From positions 2,752,001-2,816,000 of the forward strand of contig OY764265.1 in the NCBI GenBank assembly GCA_963668355.1: a stretch of DNA of 64,000 nt. Reading direction: 5' to 3'. The stretch is from Bdellovibrionota bacterium. Lineage in GTDB: Bacteria > Bdellovibrionota_G > JALEGL01 > DATDPG01. The first letter of the stretch is position 1; the number at the start of each line of letters is the position of its first letter. Below are positions 30,151 through 40,894 of the stretch, piece by piece. The notes under the pieces were generated by a model. That model was not told the DNA's origin. It saw only the letters and a program-made list of their open reading frames with translations, and made no database searches. The translations under genes were made by a program, and so were the position numbers.

Positions 30151-30876
30151 CTAGCTCGAACATTTCTCAATCAAATTTTTCATCTCCCGAACGGCTGGGC
30201 CCAAACCGATATAAAGTGCCTGTGCCACAACTCCATGCCCAATTTGAAAAGATTCGATCCCTGGAATGGCCGCCACCTCTTGAATGTTGTGATAGTGCAA
30301 ACCATGTCCGGCATGCACGGTCAGTCGCAATTTCTGAGAAAAATTAACGGCTTCTCGAATTCTTTCCAATTCGCGTCCTTTGTCATCCGCCCTTACGGTA
30401 TTTGCATACTTTCCGGTGTGTATTTCGACGGCCTGAGCACCCATCCGGTGGGCCAATTTCACGGATCCTGGTTCAGGGTCGATAAACAAGGACACAATAA
30501 TCCCCGCTTCTCGAAGCAAAGCAATGGATCGAGTAAAGGAATCACCCAATAAAGAGAGATCCAATCCACCCTCTGTGGTTAACTCTTCTCTCCTTTCCGG
30601 AACCAAGGTCACGACGTTTGGTTTAATATCCAAGGCAAAGCGAACCATTTCCTGGGTCGCGGCCATTTCAAAATTTAACTCAGTTTGTACGGTTTCGCGT
30701 AACAAGCGCACATCCCGATCTTGAACATGACGTCGATCCTCTCGCAAATGGCACGTAATGTTATCGGCTCCGTTAAACTCAGCCATAGCTGCAGCGGAAA
30801 CCGGATCTGGATAAGTTGTTTTTCGCTGTTGCCTGAGCGTAGCCACATGATCAATATTGATTCCCAGACGTGCCAT
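30151..30876 (-). CDS. pdxJ: Pyridoxine 5'-phosphate synthase
   Basis: NIDHVATLRQ, HLREDRRH and HAGHGL. Confidence 0.97.
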   Translation of the reverse strand: MARLGINIDHVATLRQQRKTTYPDPVSAAAMAEFNGADNITCHLREDRRHVQDRDVRLLRETVQTELNFEMAATQEMVRFALDIKPNVVTLVPERREELTTEGGLDLSLLGDSFTRSIALLREAGIIVSLFIDPEPGSVKLAHRMGAQAVEIHTGKYANTVRADDKGRELERIREAVNFSQKLRLTVHAGHGLHYHNIQEVAAIPGIESFQIGHGVVAQALYIGLGPAVREMKNLIEKCSS

Positions 30877-32267
30877 TACCCAACTCCAATCTCGGATTCA
30901 ATTGCCGCAACAATATCGTCCGCCAAACGTTGTACTTGATCTGGATTTTCACCTTCAACCATGACTCTTGCTTTAGGCTCCGTTCCAGAATATCGAACCA
31001 AAACCCGACCACTCTCTTTCAATTCCTTTTCCGCGCTTGTGATGCAACCGGAAACCGAGCCCAGTTCATTTAGGGGTTTTCGCTCTCGAACCTTTACATT
31101 CTTTAAGACTTGGGGAAAACGCGGAACCAAATCTCGATAAAATGAGAGCGGTTGATTCGCCCGGCACAACTCTTCCAATAAAAGAATGGCGGAGAGAATT
31201 CCGTCTCCCGTGGTGCTTCGATTCAAGCACAACAAATGCCCAGAAGGTTCTCCTCCCAGCATGCTTTGAGTCTCGCGCATTTTTTCCACCACATAACGGT
31301 CTCCGACAGATGCGCGGCAAAATGAAATCCCATTTTCCCGATAATATTTTTCCAAACCAAAATTAGACATCACCGTGCCGACAACGCCGGATCCTAAAAC
31401 GCCTCTTTCTTGCATGGGTTTGGAAAGAATAGCCAACAGGTCATCCCCATCGAAGACGTGCCCGCTTTCATCGCAAACCATAATGCGATCTCCGTCCCCA
31501 TCGAAGGCAATTCCCATATTGGCTCGTTGTTCCAAGACCACTTTGGCCAAGCGCTTCGGATTTAACGCTCCACAATGTTTGTTGATGTTGGTTCCGTTGG
31601 GATCTTTCCCCAATACATGTACACGCGCGCCCAATTCCGTAAATACCGTCGGCGCAATTTTATAGGTAGCTCCGTGGGCACAATCCAAAACAAACTTCAT
31701 GCCTTTCAGAGAATGTTCCCGCGAAAAATTATGTTTGAGATACGTAATGTAGCGGCCTCGAGCATCATCCAAGCGAACAATCTTTCCGACATCCGCAGAA
31801 TTTGGACGTTCTCGATCTAAGTCCACCGAAGAAGCCACCAAGGCTTCGATTTCAGCTTCCACGGTATCTTGAAGCTTGAATCCATCTGGACCAAAAAATT
31901 TCACGCCATTGTCTTCGAAGGCATTATGAGACGCTGAAATCATGACCCCGGCATCCGCCCTCATTTCAGAGGTTAAAAAAGCTACTCCAGGAGTAGGAAT
32001 GGGACCCGCCAGGAGAACATCCACACCCATCGAACATAATCCGGAGGCCAAGGCACTCTCGAACATATAGCAAGAAAGTCGCGTGTCTTTTCCCAAAAAA
32101 ACCGAATGCCTTCCTCCATTTCGATGACGAAACACGCACGCGGCCGCACGCCCCACCCTCAAAATCGTGTCTACACACATGGGTTCCACATTGGCTTTGC
32201 CACGAATGCCATCTGTACCGAACAACTTTCTCTTTTTTGATTCCATCAGCGACCTACTTTTTGACAT
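30876..32267 (-). CDS. glmM: Phosphoglucosamine mutase
   Basis: FGTDGIRG, SASHN, DGDGDR and RYSGTEP. Confidence 0.95.
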   Translation of the reverse strand: MSKSRSLMESKKRKLFGTDGIRGKANVEPMCVDTILRVGRAAACVFRHRNGGRHSVFLGKDTRLSCYMFESALASGLCSMGVDVLLAGPIPTPGVAFLTSEMRADAGVMISASHNAFEDNGVKFFGPDGFKLQDTVEAEIEALVASSVDLDRERPNSADVGKIVRLDDARGRYITYLKHNFSREHSLKGMKFVLDCAHGATYKIAPTVFTELGARVHVLGKDPNGTNINKHCGALNPKRLAKVVLEQRANMGIAFDGDGDRIMVCDESGHVFDGDDLLAILSKPMQERGVLGSGVVGTVMSNFGLEKYYRENGISFCRASVGDRYVVEKMRETQSMLGGEPSGHLLCLNRSTTGDGILSAILLLEELCRANQPLSFYRDLVPRFPQVLKNVKVRERKPLNELGSVSGCITSAEKELKESGRVLVRYSGTEPKARVMVEGENPDQVQRLADDIVAAIESEIGVG

Positions 32268-33180
32268 AAACTTGAACGACCTTGGGAATCAACGTTATAC
32301 GCACCCCTTCTCGTTCAATTTCCGGCAATCGATAATTGAGGAATTTTCGAACCTTTTTGCTCCGACGCAAAACCTCTGCTTTATCCAATAAAATGCTGAA
32401 TTCTTCTTGAGCGACCGTTTTGACTCGACCTGCCGGCCCTTGGATTTTCAACATTACGGAGGCAGGCTCTACACGAAAATGTTTCGTTCCAACAGGCAAA
32501 TACACCGGAACATTTTCAAGAATCCGAGAAATGTTTTGTTCTCGAATCTTCACGGAAACGTTTACCTTTCGTTGATCGACCACCCACTTTGGCCGTATGT
32601 TTCGAACCGCATACATGTCACTAAATTGGTTATGCCTCCCCACCAAATTGATGGGCTCCGTCGGAAATGATCTCACCCCTGCCAATTCACTTCGAGGACC
32701 TTTAATTCTTAGAAATGGAGGGGTCACTTCATATTTTTCAAGCTCATACCCTTCTTCCAACATTCCAACAAAACGAGGCTCGACGCTAATCTTTCTTTCT
32801 TCGGCCTCATCCAAATTTACGCGGATGATCTGAGGTGAAATCCGACTGATTCGAGTCCCTCTTGGAATTGAAAAGTCTTCCTCGTACACGGAAAAAGAGT
32901 TCACACCTTTTCGCGCATCTGAAAGGTCCAAAACATAGGGTTTAAAAAATCGTTGGTCGATATTCTTTACACGCGTGCGAGGCCCTGCCACACGAAGGTG
33001 GATGAGTTCATCCACGGTACCCGCAATCATGAGCGAGTCGGGAATATTGTTGATCTGAATCCGCACATTCAGACTCGACTCAATATGCTGTTCTTCGTGG
33101 ACCACAAACCACAGGAAAAAAGCCAACGCCACCGAAAAGGTTTTCATCCAGGGATGCTTGGTTACAAAAGCTAACTTCAT
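32254..33180 (-). CDS. cdaR: CdaR/YbbR-family regulator
   Basis: N-terminal TM (K.FS..LA..LW) with YbbR-like repeats; located between cdaA and glmM. Confidence 0.85.
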   Translation of the reverse strand: MKLAFVTKHPWMKTFSVALAFFLWFVVHEEQHIESSLNVRIQINNIPDSLMIAGTVDELIHLRVAGPRTRVKNIDQRFFKPYVLDLSDARKGVNSFSVYEEDFSIPRGTRISRISPQIIRVNLDEAEERKISVEPRFVGMLEEGYELEKYEVTPPFLRIKGPRSELAGVRSFPTEPINLVGRHNQFSDMYAVRNIRPKWVVDQRKVNVSVKIREQNISRILENVPVYLPVGTKHFRVEPASVMLKIQGPAGRVKTVAQEEFSILLDKAEVLRRSKKVRKFLNYRLPEIEREGVRITLIPKVVQVYVKK

Positions 33181-33995
33181 CCGGCTTTCCTCTGGGTTCG
33201 AAGCATTTGATTCCACAATCGTTTCCAACTTCCACTGGATTGCGGTCGAAAGTAACTCAACAACAGTTTTCGTAACCCCGCACCATCCAATCCGCGCGTG
33301 ATGGAGCCCTCAACAACCACGGAAACCCAACCTTTTTCTTCTGAAACCACGATGACCACGGCATCCGTCTCCTCGGTCAATCCGATGGCCGCCCGATGGC
33401 GAGTTCCAAGCTCTGCATCCACATTGGGATTCATGGTGAGCGGAAGAAACGTTCCAGCCATCGTGATCTTTCCTTTTTGAATCAAGATGGCTCCATCATG
33501 GATGGGTGAAAGCGGCAGGAAAATGCTGGTGATCAACTCTTTGGATGGAATGGCATCCATTCGAAGGCCGACGTCTACATACTCTGAGACATCTGCATTT
33601 CTTTCCAAGACAATTAATGCCCCAATTTTTTTGTTGGCCAGAGACACCGAGGTTTTGACCAACTCTTCGACAATTTCAACATCTTGCGTGGGCACAATCG
33701 ACGAAAAGAATGGCGATCGCCCCACTTGAGTTAAAGCTCTGCGAATGTCATTTTGAAAAATAACCACAACGACCAACAACAAGCTTCCAAAGATGTTGGA
33801 GAGAAGCCAGTTCAACGTGAAGAGTTCTGCAAATGCCGAAAAAACATACACGGCAATCAGCACGAACAAGCCCACCAACATGTATACGGCACGCGTGCCT
33901 CGAATCAATCGAAGCAACCAATAAATGATGAATGCAACAACGACGATATCCAGCAGATCAACAAACCGGAAATCGAAGTTTTGCAATAGTCCCAT
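33177..33995 (-). CDS. cdaA: Diadenylate cyclase CdaA/DacA
   Basis: 3 TM helices; HDGA and GTRHRAA catalytic motifs. Confidence 0.95.
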   Translation of the reverse strand: MGLLQNFDFRFVDLLDIVVVAFIIYWLLRLIRGTRAVYMLVGLFVLIAVYVFSAFAELFTLNWLLSNIFGSLLLVVVVIFQNDIRRALTQVGRSPFFSSIVPTQDVEIVEELVKTSVSLANKKIGALIVLERNADVSEYVDVGLRMDAIPSKELITSIFLPLSPIHDGAILIQKGKITMAGTFLPLTMNPNVDAELGTRHRAAIGLTEETDAVVIVVSEEKGWVSVVVEGSITRGLDGAGLRKLLLSYFRPQSSGSWKRLWNQMLRTQRKAG

Positions 33996-33997
33996 TC

Positions 33998-35992
33998 CTA
34001 CTCCTTGGTTTCTCCATGAACATCATAACTCATGGCCGGCTCGGGATCACCAACTGGTTTCGAAGAAGTAGATGGAGAGGATGTTTTTTCTCCCACTTTC
34101 GAGCCTTCTTGGTTCTCAGAAGGAGGTGGATCCGAAGGTTTACGAGACAAAGGTTCTCCGGCCACGATCTTTTGAATTTCCTCACCGTCCAGAACCTCAT
34201 ATTCCAAAAGCGCCTCAGCCAAACGATCCAAGGCCTCTCGCTCTTCGACCAAGATCGTCTTGCCTCGTTCGTAACATCGGTTCACCAGGTCTTTGATTTC
34301 CTGATCAATGATCCGGGCTGTCTCTTCGCTATAATTGGCTTTCCGGTGCATTTCGCGGGCCAGGAAAATCTCGTCGTCTTTTGAAGCAAAGGACAACGGT
34401 CCAAGTTTCTCACTCATGCCCCATTCACAAATCATCTTTCGAGCCAACTCAGTGGCCTTTTCAATGTCGTTTCCAGCTCCCGTGGTCCGCCGGTCATATA
34501 CGACTTCCTCCGCGATTCTTCCGCCCATCATGATGGCAATCCGTGTTTCGGCTGCATCTTGCGTCATCGTATATTTATCTTCGGTCGGCATTTGATGCGT
34601 GAGTCCAAGGGCCATGCCTCTCGGGACAATCGTGACCTTATGAACGGGATCCGCACCAGGAATCTTGACTGCGACGAGCGTGTGACCGGCTTCATGATAC
34701 GCCGTCACGCGTTTCTCTTCGTCAGAAATGATCATGCTTCGGCGTTCCTTCCCAAGAAGGATCTTGTCTTTGGCTCTTTCGAAATCAATCATCTCCACTT
34801 TTTTCTTATTGGACCGCGCCGCCAACAAGGCAGATTCATTCACCAGATTTTCTAAATCTGCACCGGCCAAGCCAGCCGTACCCCGCGCGAGCACATCCAA
34901 ATCAACGTCCTCACCCAAAGGGATCTTAGTGGTATGAACCTTTAGAATTCCTTTTCGACCATTGAGATCCGGTCGAGGAACGACGACATGTCGATCAAAT
35001 CTCCCCGGCCGAAGCAGCGCAGGGTCCAACACGTCAGGGCGGTTGGTGGCCGAAATCAAAATCACCCCTTCGTTGGATTCAAAACCATCCATCTCAACCA
35101 AGAGTTGATTGAGGGTCTGTTCCCGTTCGTCATGACCGCCTCCAAGGCCTGCACCTCTATGGCGACCCACGGCATCAATCTCATCAATGAAAATGATGCA
35201 GGGAGCGTTTTTCTTTCCTTGTTCGAATAAATCCCGCACACGCGAAGCACCTACCCCAACAAACATTTCCACAAAGTCTGAACCCGAAATGGAGAAAAAG
35301 GGAACCCCGGCCTCACCTGCAATTGCCCGAGCCAACAAGGTTTTTCCTGTTCCTGGAGCTCCAACCAAAAGAACACCTTTGGGTATGCGCCCTCCCAGCT
35401 TGGTAAACTTTTTGGGGTCCTTCAAAAACTCGATGATCTCCTCAAGTTCTTCCTTGGCTTCATCGATTCCAGCTACATCCTTAAATGTAACCTTTTGCTG
35501 ATTTTGATTGAGAAGCTTGGCGCGCGACTTTCCAAAACTTAGCGCCTTTCCGCCGCCGACTTGGAGTTGCCTCATCAGGAAAAATAAAAAGAAAATCACA
35601 AACAGGAGTGGAAGCCCGGTGAACAAAAGTTGTTGCCAAAACGCAGACTTCTCTTCCGAAAGCGCCGTGAAATCTTTGACCTGGTTCTCTTCCAAGAACT
35701 TGGTAAGTTCGTCTCCCGTGCCCACCCATCGGGTGGTAAACGAATCCGTTTTACGGCTCTTTTCCCGGCCCATGCCATTTTCAGTCACATTGCGAGGTTG
35801 GACATACTTACCTCGAATGTTTTCACCTTGTATTTCGAGAGAAGCAATCTGCCCAGATCGAACGCGTTCACGAAACACACTATATGGAATTTCCTCGGGT
35901 TGAGGGGTAGCCATTCGACTGATCGATTGAGCCACCATCAAGGCCATCACAGCCAACAAAACCCATAGAATTACACTTCGACCAAACTTCAA
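33998..35992 (-). CDS. ftsH: ATP-dependent zinc metalloprotease FtsH
   Basis: [16 protein letters not shown] and HEAGH; probable TTG start. Confidence 0.97.
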   Translation of the reverse strand: MKFGRSVILWVLLAVMALMVAQSISRMATPQPEEIPYSVFRERVRSGQIASLEIQGENIRGKYVQPRNVTENGMGREKSRKTDSFTTRWVGTGDELTKFLEENQVKDFTALSEEKSAFWQQLLFTGLPLLFVIFFLFFLMRQLQVGGGKALSFGKSRAKLLNQNQQKVTFKDVAGIDEAKEELEEIIEFLKDPKKFTKLGGRIPKGVLLVGAPGTGKTLLARAIAGEAGVPFFSISGSDFVEMFVGVGASRVRDLFEQGKKNAPCIIFIDEIDAVGRHRGAGLGGGHDEREQTLNQLLVEMDGFESNEGVILISATNRPDVLDPALLRPGRFDRHVVVPRPDLNGRKGILKVHTTKIPLGEDVDLDVLARGTAGLAGADLENLVNESALLAARSNKKKVEMIDFERAKDKILLGKERRSMIISDEEKRVTAYHEAGHTLVAVKIPGADPVHKVTIVPRGMALGLTHQMPTEDKYTMTQDAAETRIAIMMGGRIAEEVVYDRRTTGAGNDIEKATELARKMICEWGMSEKLGPLSFASKDDEIFLAREMHRKANYSEETARIIDQEIKDLVNRCYERGKTILVEEREALDRLAEALLEYEVLDGEEIQKIVAGEPLSRKPSDPPPSENQEGSKVGEKTSSPSTSSKPVGDPEPAMSYDVHGETKE

Positions 35993-36108
35993 GGGACCTC
36001 CTATAATAGTATTCTTTTCTTATTCATTTCTTGTTCAGACAAAAGGCGTGGCATTATGCCATAAGTGGCTGATATATAAAGGAGCCTTTTAAGTCTAGAG
36101 GGGGACCC

Positions 36109-37083
36109 TCAAATTCGCTCTTTTAAACTCAGCGCCAACACCTCATCTCGGCGAACCGCAACCACACTGGACGGCAGCTCCAGAACACGCAAAACACCAC
36201 CCGTCATGATCAAATGATCCAAGGCCGCCAAACTCTTCCGATGTAACGCGCCGTGTTGGTTTGCGATTTTTTTAAAGGCGTTTTGAAGGACCTGGTATCG
36301 AACCACCACGGGAGCTTTTCTCAGTATCACTGCCGAATACGTATTCTCAGCCAGTGTCGCAGACGCCCTCCAATGATCGGCCTCCTCTTCCATAAATTCC
36401 ACCGCTCGTGAGGCGGACTCTCCCAAAGCGCAAAGATGCTCCGCCAGCCGAGGGTTAAATTCTTTTTCCAACAACGGAATCAGTTGATTTCGAAGAAAGT
36501 TTCGCCGGTAGTAGTTTTCTACATTGGAAGAGTCCTTAATATAAGGCAAGTCGCAAGTTTGAACTTCTTCCTCAATCTCCTTCCGAGAGGTCGTCAACAT
36601 GGGGTGAAGCCATAAAGGAGGCCGAAAGATGGAGATTCCCCCCAAGCCTTTTAAATCGGCCCCGCCCAACATTCGAAACAACACCGTCTCTGCTTGATCA
36701 TCCCTTTGGTGCGCCAACGCAATATAGGAGGCCCCCACCTCCTTGGCCAGGTGCTCTAATGTCCCGAGACGTTTCTCTCTCAATAAGCTCTCCGACACTT
36801 CCTGAGAGGGTAGAAAAGACAGGTGAGCCACGTGAAAGGGAAGATCATGTTGATGAGCCAGTTTTTCCGCCACCGCAGCATCTCGGTCCGCCTCCTCCCC
36901 ACGAACTCCGTGATGAATATGTGCCGCCACCAACTCCGGCCCTCCCCGATCCCGCCAATCGGATAAAATATGGGCCAAGACCGCCGAGTCCATGCCGCCG
37001 GAAACACCCACCAACAATCGGGATTCTTTAGCATCGGCAACAGATTGCTCGATTGCTCGGCGAACTCGTCGTAGAATGGACAA
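36109..37083 (-). CDS. tilS: tRNA(Ile)-lysidine synthetase
   Basis: SGGMDS, AHQRDDQAETV, DSSN..Y.RN; start codon uncertain. Confidence 0.9.
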   Translation of the reverse strand: MSILRRVRRAIEQSVADAKESRLLVGVSGGMDSAVLAHILSDWRDRGGPELVAAHIHHGVRGEEADRDAAVAEKLAHQHDLPFHVAHLSFLPSQEVSESLLREKRLGTLEHLAKEVGASYIALAHQRDDQAETVLFRMLGGADLKGLGGISIFRPPLWLHPMLTTSRKEIEEEVQTCDLPYIKDSSNVENYYRRNFLRNQLIPLLEKEFNPRLAEHLCALGESASRAVEFMEEEADHWRASATLAENTYSAVILRKAPVVVRYQVLQNAFKKIANQHGALHRKSLAALDHLIMTGGVLRVLELPSSVVAVRRDEVLALSLKERI

Positions 37084-38295
37084 ATGAACGCGGGAATGGC
37101 CTTTGGTTTTGTGAGTTGGGGCCTGGTCGCTTGGATCAGTTACGTTAATGTCGAACCCGTCCATTTCGTTTTGCTCTATAGCACGGCTGGTCTCTCCATG
37201 CTATTGGCCTTCGCCTTCTTAAAGAAGGTTTCCTTGCCAACCCGCATGCAAAAAGGAATTCTAGGGATCTCTTTACTAGGCTTCTTATTCTTAGTGCCTT
37301 CTACCCCTTCATATGACAATGATCTTTACCGATACGTCTGGGATGGAAAAGTCACCCTTGAACGCGGACATCCCTACGGAATTGCCCCATCCGATTATCG
37401 CCTCATCCACTTGCGAGATGACGATTTTTCTCAAATTGGTTTTCGAAACACGCCCACGGTTTATCCACCCGTCGCCGAGTTGGCCTTTTTTCTGTCGGCT
37501 TTGGCAGGAAAGATGGCCCCTTACTTTCTAAAGCTTATTCTTCTCTTGGCTCATGCCGCTCTCTTAATGGGAATTCAAAGAATCCTTCAATCTCGCAAGA
37601 TGCATTTTAGTTGGATTCTTCTTTACGCCTGGAACCCCATCCTATGGAAAGAGTTTGCGAACAGTGGACACATTGACCTTCTGGGTGTGGCCTTCCTGTT
37701 TTACGGCCTTCTGCTGGCTCGAAAGAAAAAAACTCAAACCCTTCTCCTTCTATTGGCCTCAGGAATCAAACCCATTGCAGCTTTGTCGTTCTTCCTCATT
37801 TGGCAACCCCATATTTTGGGTGCGTTGCTTTTGTTTGGGGGAGTCTGTTTCTGGAACCTGCCCGAAGTGTTCCAAGGAATCTCACAATTTGCGAGATTCT
37901 GGGTTTTTTACCCTTTTCTGTTTGAACCCTTAACCTGGTTCTCAAAAATCCTCACAGGAACGGAGCAATGGGCTCGATGGATAGCGTGGGTCCCGGTTTT
38001 TCTCGTTTTGTCGATCTCAAACCGAATCTCGCAAAAACCTTCGGTCCGGTGGACCCTGGTGTTTTTGGCCTGGCTCTTTTTCTCCCCAACCATCAATCCC
38101 TGGTATGCGATCTGGGTGATTCCTTTTTGGCTTTTGGAAGCACGAATGGGTCTTGCGACCTTGTCCATTTTTTTGATTCCTTCTTATCTCTATTACGAAA
38201 ACCAAACTGACCCAGTTTTTGTCCGTTGGGTTTCTTTTTTCCTTCTTTCATGCAAACTGATTTGGGAAGAATTCTTCTTTAATTTCAAGAAATAA
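37084..38295 (+). CDS. GT-C fold membrane glycosyltransferase (GT87-like)
   Basis: DLYRYVWDG, TVYPP, YAWNP and PWY motifs; multi-TM; start uncertain. Confidence 0.7.
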   Translation: MNAGMAFGFVSWGLVAWISYVNVEPVHFVLLYSTAGLSMLLAFAFLKKVSLPTRMQKGILGISLLGFLFLVPSTPSYDNDLYRYVWDGKVTLERGHPYGIAPSDYRLIHLRDDDFSQIGFRNTPTVYPPVAELAFFLSALAGKMAPYFLKLILLLAHAALLMGIQRILQSRKMHFSWILLYAWNPILWKEFANSGHIDLLGVAFLFYGLLLARKKKTQTLLLLLASGIKPIAALSFFLIWQPHILGALLLFGGVCFWNLPEVFQGISQFARFWVFYPFLFEPLTWFSKILTGTEQWARWIAWVPVFLVLSISNRISQKPSVRWTLVFLAWLFFSPTINPWYAIWVIPFWLLEARMGLATLSIFLIPSYLYYENQTDPVFVRWVSFFLLSCKLIWEEFFFNFKK

Positions 38296-38481
38296 GCTTT
38301 GGATAAGTTTGAAACCGGGAACCTTTTGTTCTAATATTATCGAACAGATACTTATGATTAACGTATCGAACTTGAACAGGTTGTCTGAAATTTATCGTAA
38401 AGAATCAGAAATCTTTGAGAAAGAGTGGTTACAAAAACTTTCTCTCGAACGTTTAACCTTTTAGCGGTGAGTGATTTCCAT

Positions 38482-39252
38482 ATGAAACGAAAATTGAATT
38501 TCTCATTCTGCCAGAACCATCTTGTGATCGCAGTCGTTGCCTTTGCTCTGGCCATTCCCTCCTCAGCTTTGGCCAAAGCGAAAAACAAAGAAAAACCCAA
38601 GGAAGCTTCCACAATCGGTGAATACACCAAGGATGGCGTGGATGTGGTCCAAGGTCGTGTTTTTCGAAAAAGAGGTCGCCACGAATTCTCTTTGATGGGA
38701 GGCGTCATTCCCAACAACCAATTCCTCATGTTTGAAACCCTTGAGGCACGTTACGCTTACCATTTCAGAGAGGGAATTGCGTTCGAGGTTTCTGGAACCA
38801 AAGCGTGGAGCCAGGAAAAGGCCATTTTGGAAGACTTGGCGACGATTCCTTGCCCCTCCCCAAACTCAGACTTAGATGGAGATGGCAATCCTGAACCCGG
38901 AGGGATTTGTCCTGTAACCCTTCAAGATCAACCTGATCCCGTGGGATATTCCTATTTTGGCAATCTCATCTGGTCGCCGATTTATGGAAAGTTTGCTCTA
39001 TTCTCCAAGAAAATTCTGCACTTCGATATTTACATTCTGGCCGGCGCGGGCATGTTCGACAATCAACGTTCACGACGGTTTGCGTTTGACGTTGGTTTCG
39101 GAACCCGAATTTTTGTCAATGATTGGTTTGCGGTTCGCGCGGAGTTCAAGAACATCACGGTTCGAGAAGAAGCACCTTTTTCCCATATCGTACACAATCG
39201 ATCATTTGGCTTAGGTGTCTCGTTCTTCCTCCCCACTTCTTCGAGGGATTAA
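38482..39252 (+). CDS. Outer-membrane beta-barrel, GltA/GltB(NfsA/B)-like
   Basis: VVQ.R.F.K.GRHE and WSPIYGKF motifs; first gene of the Glt-like operon. Confidence 0.7.
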   Translation: MKRKLNFSFCQNHLVIAVVAFALAIPSSALAKAKNKEKPKEASTIGEYTKDGVDVVQGRVFRKRGRHEFSLMGGVIPNNQFLMFETLEARYAYHFREGIAFEVSGTKAWSQEKAILEDLATIPCPSPNSDLDGDGNPEPGGICPVTLQDQPDPVGYSYFGNLIWSPIYGKFALFSKKILHFDIYILAGAGMFDNQRSRRFAFDVGFGTRIFVNDWFAVRAEFKNITVREEAPFSHIVHNRSFGLGVSFFLPTSSRD

Positions 39253-39256
39253 TGTC

Positions 39257-40894
39257 ATGAAGATCCACCAAATCATCCTCAGCACATCTCTCGTGTTCAC
39301 ATTGGTGGCTTCGGGATGTGCTTCAAAGTCAAACGTCATCGAGTTTGACCAAAAACTCGACACCCGAATTCAGGGAGATTTGGCGAAACGGCAACAGCTC
39401 GTCAAAGGCAATCCTCTATATATGCAGTTGGTTGCCGATCTCAATCAGGGAAGAAACTATCTTCTTTCGGGTCAATCTTCGCAGGCCTTTAAAGCCTTCG
39501 ACAAAATCTTGGCCAATACGCGCTACACCAACTACCCAGAATACTCCTACGCGAAATACTATATCGCCAATGCGCTCTATGACATGGGCGTAGATTATGG
39601 TGCCCTTTTGTATTTTGTGGACATCGTTCGCAAAGAACCTTTACGAACCCACACCCATGAATCGCTTCGGCGAGCCATTGCGATTGCCCAAAAACTAAAA
39701 GACGACGAACTGATTCTCTATTTGGCATCTTCGATTTCGCGAAAAAAAGTACCAAAATCCCTGCGCGAGGAATTCCGATATTTCTTGGCCAAAGCTCTCT
39801 ACAAAAAGAGACAATTTCGAAAAGCCACAAAATTGTTGAAAGAAATTTCTTCGAAAAACCGGCTTTACTTCGCCTCCAGATATTTGCTTGGAGCCATTTC
39901 TGTAGAGCGGCGTCATTTAAAAACCGCCACCCGACATTTCAGAACCATCTCAGATTACAGCGGGTCCGAGATGTATTACGAACACCTGAGAATTACGCAG
40001 CTCGCCAATTTGGCTTTGGGTCGGATTTATTATGAGCAAAAGATTTATCCCCTCTCCATTGCCTACTACAAAAAAGTTAAGAGAGATGGTGAGTTCTACC
40101 CGATGGCTCTGTATGAATCCTCTTGGGCCTTATTCAAGCTCAACAAATTCAACGAAGCTTTGTCGGTTTTGCATTCATTAAATAGTCCGTTCTTTGAACA
40201 AGTTTATTTTCTCAAATCACACTTGCTTCGTGGAGCCATTTTATTGGAGCTCTGCCTATACGAAGAGGCGGTGGAAAGCTTGACCATTTTGGAAAAACGC
40301 TTTGGCAAGCTCGGAAGACAAATTGATCGATTTGCAAAACAAGCCAAAGTTCCGCAGGACTACTATCCTATTCTAACGAAGTATGAAGCCATCCGAGCCG
40401 GGGGAGAGCCCAAATTCAGATTTTTGGAGCTGTTCAAATTGGCTGCGGCCAATCGAGATTTTTTGGGGCTGCACCGATACATTGAACGGCTGGATCGAGA
40501 GCAAGAAACGCTTAAGGACCTTGGAACCGGAAGAGCTCGTCTCCTCCAAAAGCTTCTGGCTCAAAAAGAAACCGAGCTGGTCGCGAAGGCCTCTTTCTTA
40601 TCGGGAAAGAAACTGCTCTTAACTCGACAATTGATTGCCGATTTTGTGGGCCTCAAAGATGTGATTCGCTTTGAGATTGTCAGTGCCGAACGAAAAATTC
40701 TTCAAAAACGATCTTTGGGATTGGCTCCCCCCGTCATTGGTGACCAGGATCTGATCAAACCCGAATTTACAGATAGCCTACGCGAAAGTCTGATTTGGTG
40801 GGATTGGAATGGAGAGTATTGGCGAGATGAGGTTGGCTTTTATCTAATGAATCTTCAAAGCCGATGCAAAGACCGAGGAGAAAGCGCAAAATGA
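39257..40894 (+). CDS. TPR lipoprotein, GltC/NfsC-like
   Basis: ASGC lipobox, TPR repeats, C-terminal W.WNGEYWRDEVG.Y...SRC. Confidence 0.7.
   Translation: MKIHQIILSTSLVFTLVASGCASKSNVIEFDQKLDTRIQGDLAKRQQLVKGNPLYMQLVADLNQGRNYLLSGQSSQAFKAFDKILANTRYTNYPEYSYAKYYIANALYDMGVDYGALLYFVDIVRKEPLRTHTHESLRRAIAIAQKLKDDELILYLASSISRKKVPKSLREEFRYFLAKALYKKRQFRKATKLLKEISSKNRLYFASRYLLGAISVERRHLKTATRHFRTISDYSGSEMYYEHLRITQLANLALGRIYYEQKIYPLSIAYYKKVKRDGEFYPMALYESSWALFKLNKFNEALSVLHSLNSPFFEQVYFLKSHLLRGAILLELCLYEEAVESLTILEKRFGKLGRQIDRFAKQAKVPQDYYPILTKYEAIRAGGEPKFRFLELFKLAAANRDFLGLHRYIERLDREQETLKDLGTGRARLLQKLLAQKETELVAKASFLSGKKLLLTRQLIADFVGLKDVIRFEIVSAERKILQKRSLGLAPPVIGDQDLIKPEFTDSLRESLIWWDWNGEYWRDEVGFYLMNLQSRCKDRGESAK

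Noticed and set aside
36050..36062. Palindrome TGGCAT-T-ATGCCA upstream of ftsH as an operator
   Set aside because: A single short instance that overlaps a plausible -10 element; no regulator can be assigned
37081..37086. Zero-gap divergent starts of tilS and the GT-C gene as a special arrangement
   Set aside because: Both start codons are uncertain; later ATGs exist for the glycosyltransferase
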